A stretch of 54,793 bases of DNA from Candidatus Collierbacteria bacterium (GTDB lineage: Bacteria > Patescibacteriota > Microgenomatia > UBA1400 > MFAQ01): positions 1 to 54,793 of the forward strand of contig CAISLM010000033.1 of the NCBI GenBank assembly GCA_903886255.1, read 5' to 3'. Every line of letters begins with the position of its first letter. The stretch's first letter is position 1. Made by a program: the position numbers and the translations under genes. The notes beneath the pieces are model-generated. The model saw only the letters and a list, made by a program, of their open reading frames with translations. It searched no databases and had not been told where the DNA came from. Below are positions 48,925 to 54,793 of the stretch, in pieces.

Positions 48925-49583
48925 TTGTGTTCAGAATAGAAATAAAAGGTCACCTGACCGGAGGCTTTAAGAACATCCGACGCCTTATCTATGCCAATTT
49001 GTTTTAATAGCGAAACGCTATTTATCCCTGCCAGTCTATCCATATTTTCAACTGCGCTTAAAAAAGTAATGACATCTTGTGGTTTTCCGCTAACCGAAAA
49101 AGTTATTGGATCAAGAAGAATATTGTCGGCAGATGGCACCGGAATTTTTGCCATCCAGGCGGTGGCGGCTGTACCACCTTTGAGTAGTGTTGTTCCGGAA
49201 AAGTTCAGAGAATCTATTGAAAGATTATTTGTCTTGGCGACAAATTCCAGTCTTTTTGCATCATCCGTATAGGAAAAATTGTCGGGAACTGCCGAATCAA
49301 ACAAACCCAAATCGTTTTGAAAATTAGTTAGCTGTGTCTGTGCATTAAAAAGCTGTGCTATTTTATTGTCGGCTTTTTTGTTCACCACTTCCTGGTCCGT
49401 AATTTTTTTCTGCAGGGAAACAACATTGGCGAGAGTCGGTCTGATGGCCACAAAAATCAAAAATGCCACTGTAAACACCGACAAAATAACCTCTAGAGAT
49501 GCCCGAATCTCCGGCCGTTTATAAAGAAGGCCAACCTTTCTAAAATATAGCGAATATTGTTCTGACGATAAAAGGCCTGCCAT
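48921..49583 (-). CDS. pilO: Type IV pilus assembly protein PilO-like
   Basis: TM (FVAIRPT), coiled coil, SVSG....V..FL..VEN..RL..I. Confidence 0.75.
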   Translation of the reverse strand: MAGLLSSEQYSLYFRKVGLLYKRPEIRASLEVILSVFTVAFLIFVAIRPTLANVVSLQKKITDQEVVNKKADNKIAQLFNAQTQLTNFQNDLGLFDSAVPDNFSYTDDAKRLEFVAKTNNLSIDSLNFSGTTLLKGGTAATAWMAKIPVPSADNILLDPITFSVSGKPQDVITFLSAVENMDRLAGINSVSLLKQIGIDKASDVLKASGQVTFYFYSEHK

Positions 49584-50128
49584 TATAAATAACTAATTTG
49601 AATACTAAATTTAACACTACCGGATGTTTGATCAAAGCTTGTATCTCTTAGACTAATTTTCTTCACGCCGGACATTTTTTTTATTCCGCTTACAAACTGA
49701 GCAAAGCCATATTCGGATTGTGAATTTCCTTCAATAACCACACCACTGCTGTCCAACGATAAGCTGCTCAGCACTGTACCTGTCGGAAGAATTTGCGCCA
49801 AACTGCTTATTTTGGTGCCAAATCCCAATCCGCCTTTTTGTAACGTTTCAATCGGAGTTTGTTTGGCCAGTACCTTCCTCATTTGAGCTTCAACATCTAC
49901 ATAAGCATTAATTTGGGCTTCCTTCTGTACTAATATGGTTGAAAGGTCATCTAATTTTTTATCAAAATAAAATCTCGATGCAAAAGCCAAGAGCACTACA
50001 AATTCGGTAAGAACCACCAGTACTCTACCCACAGTCGTCACCCATTTTAAAATCTTCCCCGTTGTAGAGAACTCAAAACTATCCTTTGGCAATAAGTTAA
50101 TACTAGAAACACCATGAGCAGTAGCCAC
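49583..50128 (-). CDS. pilN: Type IV pilus assembly protein PilN-like
   Basis: INLLP motif, TM, coiled coil, LP.G..LSSL...IEG. Confidence 0.8.
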   Translation of the reverse strand: MATAHGVSSINLLPKDSFEFSTTGKILKWVTTVGRVLVVLTEFVVLLAFASRFYFDKKLDDLSTILVQKEAQINAYVDVEAQMRKVLAKQTPIETLQKGGLGFGTKISSLAQILPTGTVLSSLSLDSSGVVIEGNSQSEYGFAQFVSGIKKMSGVKKISLRDTSFDQTSGSVKFSIQISYL

Positions 50129-50150
50129 ACCTTCAGTGTATCAAAAATCC

Positions 50151-50393
50151 TTACTTTTTGGGGGAAATTTTCTTAGACAAACGTGCCTTCATTCTGTCGG
50201 CTTTTCCTTTTTTCAAAACGCCTTTTTTGGCAGCTTTGTCTAGCATGGAGAAGGCAACTGATAATGATTCGACGGAAAGAGCTTTCTTAAAAGCATCAAC
50301 AGCGGTCTTTGTTTTTGTCTTAGTAGATTTGTTGAAACCGGCTTTTTTCTCGTCGGATCTGAGTTTTTTTATTGCTGATTTTGTTATTGGCAT
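50151..50393 (-). CDS. rpsT: 30S ribosomal protein S20
   Basis: MPITKSAIKKLR...LDKAAKKGV.KK.KADR.KARL. Confidence 0.96.
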   Translation of the reverse strand: MPITKSAIKKLRSDEKKAGFNKSTKTKTKTAVDAFKKALSVESLSVAFSMLDKAAKKGVLKKGKADRMKARLSKKISPKK

Positions 50394-50455
50394 GCGCTAA
50401 TTTTACCACGAGCTCCACCTAGCGCAAGTGAAGCTCATGAATTAAAATCAACACA

Positions 50456-52102
50456 GTGGTTCAAAAACTAATATCCAAGTCCCAAGATCTCCTTAACCGG
50501 AAGAGTTCCAGTATTCTTTCCGCAGCCGGTATCATTGGCGCATCATATCTACTATCGGCCTTGTTGGGTCTTGTCCGGAATCATCTTTTGGTAGCCCGGT
50601 TCTTTAGCCAGGCGGCCAATCTTGATGTCTATTTTGCAGCCTTTGTTGTTCCTGATACGGTTTTCCAGCTTCTCGTCGTCGGTGCCGTTTCCGCCGCCTT
50701 TATCCCCATCTATCAGGAATATTTTGCTAAATCCAAAGAAGAAGCTAACCATCTTGCCAACGCTGCTCTCACTGTTGTCGGCCTATTTTTCTTCATCTTC
50801 TCTCTCTTAATTGTTATTTTTGCCCGCCCCATTGCCGGTCTTTTAGCCCATTACCCACCCCAAGAGCTCGACCTAATGGCTAACTTAATTCGTATTATGT
50901 CTATTGGTCAGATGCTTTTCACTGTATCTTCCTTCCTTACCGGCGTTCTCCAGTCTCACCGCCGTTTCCTTATCCCTGCCATTGCCCCTTTGCTTTACAA
51001 CGTCGGCACTATTGCCGGAATTTATTTTCTCTCATCCAGATTTGGAATTTATTCCGCTGCCATAGGTGTTGTTTTTGGAGCTCTTCTCCATATGTTGATC
51101 CAGCTTCCGGCCGCCGGCGCCTTGGGTTATTGGCCAAAAATTATTTTTCAACCAAAACATCAAGGTGTAAAAACCATGGTTCGTCTGATGCCGCCACGTG
51201 CTCTTGCACTTGGGTTGGACCAAATCGAACGTTGGGTTGCTGTCAATCTCACCTCGTTCCTGGCCGCCGGCTCTCTTTCAATTTTTAATTTTGCCCGACA
51301 GCTTTATGTTCTTCCCATTTCCCTGTTTGGTGTTTCACTAAGTCAAGCTTCTTTTCCGGCTCTTGCCGAAGAAGCAATTCTCCCCGACAAAACAAAATTC
51401 AAAGAGACACTTAGTAAATCCATTCTCCAAATATTTTTCTTCGCTCTACCGGCCAGTGTTTTGGTTTTGGTTTTACGTATTCCTCTGGTCCGTATTGCCT
51501 TTGGAGCAAAATCTTTTCCCTGGGATGCTACTCTCCTCACCGGTCGCTCTCTTGCCTATCTTTCCCTTGCCATTGCACCCCAAGCTGTCACCAACACTCT
51601 AACTCGTGCCCTTTATGCCATGAAAAATACCAGGACATCTTTAATCATTGGTTTTATCACTATGGTTGTTTTTGTCAGCCTGGCCTATTTATTTGATGGC
51701 ACGATTGAAAGAGATGTTGCCGGCATTACGCTCGCCATGTCCATCGGTAACCTTTTGGACTTTTTCCTCTCTTATCGTGCTGTTAGTTCCCGGGTCGGTG
51801 CCCTTGGCATATCCAAGCGGATTATCAAGATGCTTATCGTTAGTGTTTTTACCGGCATCGCCCTTTGGGTTCCCATGCACCTTCTTGACCAGTATGTTTT
51901 TGATACCACTAGAACCATTCCTCTTATTGGCCTAACTCTCACAGTTTCCATTGTCGGCTTCTCTGTTTATCTCTTCTTCTGTTGGCTTTTTAAGATTGAA
52001 GAATTGGCCGATGTTCTCGCCATCATAAAAAAGATTGGTAATTGGCGTAAAATACTGGGCGAGAGTGATGAAGTCATTGAGTCCACTCCCGACAGTATCT
52101 AA
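50456..52102 (+). CDS. murJ: Lipid II flippase MurJ/MviN
   Basis: LGLVR, YFAAFVVPD, SAAFIP, LPISLFGVS; many TM. Confidence 0.95.
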   Translation: MVQKLISKSQDLLNRKSSSILSAAGIIGASYLLSALLGLVRNHLLVARFFSQAANLDVYFAAFVVPDTVFQLLVVGAVSAAFIPIYQEYFAKSKEEANHLANAALTVVGLFFFIFSLLIVIFARPIAGLLAHYPPQELDLMANLIRIMSIGQMLFTVSSFLTGVLQSHRRFLIPAIAPLLYNVGTIAGIYFLSSRFGIYSAAIGVVFGALLHMLIQLPAAGALGYWPKIIFQPKHQGVKTMVRLMPPRALALGLDQIERWVAVNLTSFLAAGSLSIFNFARQLYVLPISLFGVSLSQASFPALAEEAILPDKTKFKETLSKSILQIFFFALPASVLVLVLRIPLVRIAFGAKSFPWDATLLTGRSLAYLSLAIAPQAVTNTLTRALYAMKNTRTSLIIGFITMVVFVSLAYLFDGTIERDVAGITLAMSIGNLLDFFLSYRAVSSRVGALGISKRIIKMLIVSVFTGIALWVPMHLLDQYVFDTTRTIPLIGLTLTVSIVGFSVYLFFCWLFKIEELADVLAIIKKIGNWRKILGESDEVIESTPDSI

Positions 52103-52110
52103 AATTATTT

Positions 52111-53880
52111 ATGCCATCTCAAACCAGAAACTTTTCTATTATTGCTCATATTGATGCCGGTAAATCCACTCTAGCGGATCGTATGCTGGAAATCACCGGT
52201 ACTGTTCAAAAAGACAAGATGACTCCTCAGCTTCTCGACAGCAATCCCATCGAACGGGAAAGGGGGATCACCATCAAGCTCGCTCCCGTTACCATGAACT
52301 ACAAAGGGTTTACTTTGAATCTCATCGACACTCCCGGCCATGTGGATTTTAATTACGAAGTCGAACGGGCTCTGGAGGCCTGTGATGGTGCCATCCTTTT
52401 GGTCGATGCCACCAAAGGTGTTCAGGCCCAAACTGTCGCCAACCTGAGACTGGCCCGGAATCTTGGGCTCACTATAATTCCCGTAGTTAATAAAATCGAT
52501 GCCCCTCTCGCCGATGTTGCCGCCGCCACCCGTCAAATAAAACAATTACTAAGTATTTCCTCAGAACCATTTTTTGTTTCCGCCAAAACCGGCGAAGGTG
52601 TTGCAGACTTACTCGATAAAATTATTTCCGACCTACCCGCACCCAAAACGGAAAATAAACCTCTTCAAGCCCTCGTTTTTAATTCTGTTTTTGATACTCA
52701 CCTCGGGGTTATCGCCTTTGTTCGTGTCATTACCAGTGACATTCATACCGGCGATAAATTGGAATTTCTAAACTCCGGCCAAGTTTTAACCGCTTCAGAA
52801 ATTGGCGTTTTCAGCCCCAAGCGCGAAGCCAGAAAAATTATCACTTCCGGGAATGTCGGCTATATTATTACAGGACTCAAAGATATTCATCGAATTTTAG
52901 TTGGGGACACACTTTGTCTAGCTTCCCAAAGTAAAGATGTTGCTCCATTTCCCGGATTTAGAAAGATTCACCCTAATGTTTTCTTGGATATGTATCCCTC
53001 CGACGGTTCGCAATATCGTGATTTGGTCGACGCGCTGGAAAAATTAAAATTAAACGACTCGGCTCTTACCACTCAAGGAATTAATTCACCCATTTTGGGA
53101 CAAGGGGTTAAGGTCGGTTTCTTAGGGTTACTTCATTCCGAAGTTGTGGGTGAACGTCTCGAGCGCGAGTTTGATCTTCCGGTCATTGCCGTTTCCCCTT
53201 CGGTCGAATATAAAGTGAAACTGCGAAATGGTACCGAAAAAATCTTTAGTTCTGCCGCCGATTTTCCCGATCCGGCCATCATTGCCCAAGGTTTCGAACC
53301 CATGGCTACAGTAAAGATAGTTGTCACCGACAAATATGTCGGCGCCGTTATGCAGCTCTGCCAGGATCTCCGCGGCAGTCTCGTCAATGTTTCCTATTTG
53401 GATCAATTGGTTGAAATAGATTATTTACTACCCTTAATCGAGGTCATCACTGCCCTCCATGACAGTCTCAAAAGTGTTTCCCAGGGTTTTGCTTCCCTCG
53501 ACTACGAGCTTTCCGGTTGGCACGAAGCCGACCTGGTTCGTCTCGACGTTTTACTCAATCACGAAGTATTTACACCCATGAGTATCATCACTGTCAAAGA
53601 AAAAGCCAACTTCAAAGCCAAAGCCATCGCCGACAAGCTCAAAGAAGCCATTCCCCGCCAGCAATTTGAAATCCCCATCCAAGTCGCCATTGGTGGCCAG
53701 ATCATTGCCCGGGAGACCATTAAAGCCTATCGTAAAGACGTTGATGCCAAGCTCCATGGCGGGGATTTCACTCGTAATTTGAAGCTACTCAACAAGCAGA
53801 AAAAGGGTAAGGCCCGTATGAAGCAGTTCGGCAAGGTCCAGCTTCCCCAATCCGCCTTCCTCGCCGTCGTCAAGGCCTAA
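52111..53880 (+). CDS. lepA: Elongation factor 4 (LepA)
   Basis: RNFSIIAHID.GKSTLADR, ERGITIK, DTPGHVDF, GFLGLLH, IPRQQFEIPIQ, KQKKGK.RMK. Confidence 0.98.
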   Translation: MPSQTRNFSIIAHIDAGKSTLADRMLEITGTVQKDKMTPQLLDSNPIERERGITIKLAPVTMNYKGFTLNLIDTPGHVDFNYEVERALEACDGAILLVDATKGVQAQTVANLRLARNLGLTIIPVVNKIDAPLADVAAATRQIKQLLSISSEPFFVSAKTGEGVADLLDKIISDLPAPKTENKPLQALVFNSVFDTHLGVIAFVRVITSDIHTGDKLEFLNSGQVLTASEIGVFSPKREARKIITSGNVGYIITGLKDIHRILVGDTLCLASQSKDVAPFPGFRKIHPNVFLDMYPSDGSQYRDLVDALEKLKLNDSALTTQGINSPILGQGVKVGFLGLLHSEVVGERLEREFDLPVIAVSPSVEYKVKLRNGTEKIFSSAADFPDPAIIAQGFEPMATVKIVVTDKYVGAVMQLCQDLRGSLVNVSYLDQLVEIDYLLPLIEVITALHDSLKSVSQGFASLDYELSGWHEADLVRLDVLLNHEVFTPMSIITVKEKANFKAKAIADKLKEAIPRQQFEIPIQVAIGGQIIARETIKAYRKDVDAKLHGGDFTRNLKLLNKQKKGKARMKQFGKVQLPQSAFLAVVKA

Positions 53881-53910
53881 AAATACCCGGATCAAAGCGC
53901 ACCCAAATAC

Positions 53911-53948
53911 CCTATATATTTGACTTTTAGGCACTTTTGTGATACCAT
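53911..53948 (+). promoter_or_regulatory. Sigma70-type promoter of orphan unit C
   Basis: CCTATATAT-TTGACT(53920-25)-N17-TACCAT(53943-48), with TTGTG extended -10. Confidence 0.68.
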
Positions 53949-53999
53949 ACCATCATCCAATTCAACCTATTCGCACCTGAAAAAAGAGAGGAAAATTAA

Positions 54000-54602
54000 A
54001 TGGAACCTACCATGGAAGGGCTTCTGAATCTTTACGCTCGTTTCTGGTTTGGCGGTCGGCAGGCCGTTTACGCCATCAGAGAGCGCAAGTTGACGAACGT
54101 CTACCCTGCTCATCTCACAGATCGCTCGAACCGGTTAACCTGCCAAAAACTGGCCGTTGATTTTCCCGAAAATGGCTGTCCCCAGACCATTGTCTTCGAA
54201 AAAGACGACACTTTGGAGCAGTGGACCCAGACAAACATCATAAACGGCGTCACATACACGACTCGGGAACTGATCGATTTCGCTGAGAAGATGGCCCATT
54301 CACTTCCTGGTGACTATCATGCGCCTGTCCCCACCATGGCCGATTTATGGGCCATTTATTTCTGTAACTATCCGGCCCTGGACTCGATCGTTCGGCCGCT
54401 TGTTTCAAGCGACGCGGATATATATCCGTTTGTCGTCACCTACCCAAACACCCGTTACCCGGCCGATTTGGTCGTTACCTCGAAATACGGAGAAACGCTC
54501 GTTATTCGGCCTGATTCAAACGAAATGGATCCTAATTATTTTTATGACTTATCCAAGTCTGACTGGATCAGTCTGCAAGATGTTATTTCCTTTTTAGGTT
54601 AG
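54000..54602 (+). CDS. Hypothetical protein (orphan unit C)
   Basis: GAGAGG SD, 200 aa, own terminator. Confidence 0.75.
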   Translation: MEPTMEGLLNLYARFWFGGRQAVYAIRERKLTNVYPAHLTDRSNRLTCQKLAVDFPENGCPQTIVFEKDDTLEQWTQTNIINGVTYTTRELIDFAEKMAHSLPGDYHAPVPTMADLWAIYFCNYPALDSIVRPLVSSDADIYPFVVTYPNTRYPADLVVTSKYGETLVIRPDSNEMDPNYFYDLSKSDWISLQDVISFLG

Positions 54603-54609
54603 TAAAACC

Positions 54610-54635
54610 AAACACCTCCACCCGGAGGTGTTTTT
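54610..54635 (+). terminator. Intrinsic terminator
   Basis: AAACACCTCC-ACCC-GGAGGTGTTT, ending in a T tract. Confidence 0.8.
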
Positions 54636-54700
54636 ATTAAAAATGAAAGTGATATAATACCCCATAACTTCATTTTCTATGTTCTTTAATAGGAGACCTG

Positions 54701-54793
54701 ATGGACAAACAAAATCCTCATGCGATTGGGCCGAGTGAAAAACTGACTCCTCAACAGCTTTTAGAACGTTATTTACTTTTCCACGTCTCCAGC
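54701..54793 (+). CDS. Hypothetical protein, 3'-truncated (orphan unit F)
   Basis: TG-A-TATAAT (54653-58), SD AGGAG, ATG 54701 MDKQNPHAIG..., open to the window end. Confidence 0.6.
   Translation, partial: MDKQNPHAIGPSEKLTPQQLLERYLLFHVSS

Noticed and set aside
52135-52170. LepA HIDAGKS instead of HIDHGKS; also the GAPDH N-domain insertion and CTTNS
   Set aside because: All essential motifs are retained, so this is most likely ordinary lineage variation.
1-54793. CRISPR array, rRNA or alternative genetic code
   Set aside because: No regularly spaced repeats or rRNA-like sequence. Genes are intact under code 11 and several end in TGA.

Overview
Gene-dense bacterial chromosome segment in the standard genetic code (TGA is used as a stop). 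The gene content suggests a Patescibacteria/CPR genome of the Microgenomates type (inference): short MetG, TrpR/YerC-like protein, tandem FemABX, PilN/PilO followed by Cys-rich surface proteins, DUF2298, a CxxC-x17-CxxC protein and widespread leaderless starts. Core genes are gap, tRNA-Cys, a metG-tatD-GT2-wecA-ubiA envelope operon, rmuC, a UvrD-nuclease fusion, alkA, ung, bcp, two femX-like genes, pcrA, tpiA, an LCP protein, rpsT, murJ and lepA. Accessory material sits between them: a free-standing LAGLIDADG gene just downstream of tRNA-Cys, two AT-rich HEPN-like genes, a convergent C5-methyltransferase/putative endonuclease pair and many orphans. Two signals stand out. (1) Unrelated orphan ORFs are packaged as single-gene units with related promoters, boxA-like leaders, Shine-Dalgarno sites and terminators, whereas many housekeeping genes look leaderless. 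(2) A coupled three-gene operon encodes a Clp/Hsp100 ATPase with a degenerate first ATPase ring, flanked by two DnaJ-type zinc-finger mini-proteins. No CRISPR array, rRNA, integrase or transposase was seen. All family calls come from reading motifs by eye, not from database searches.
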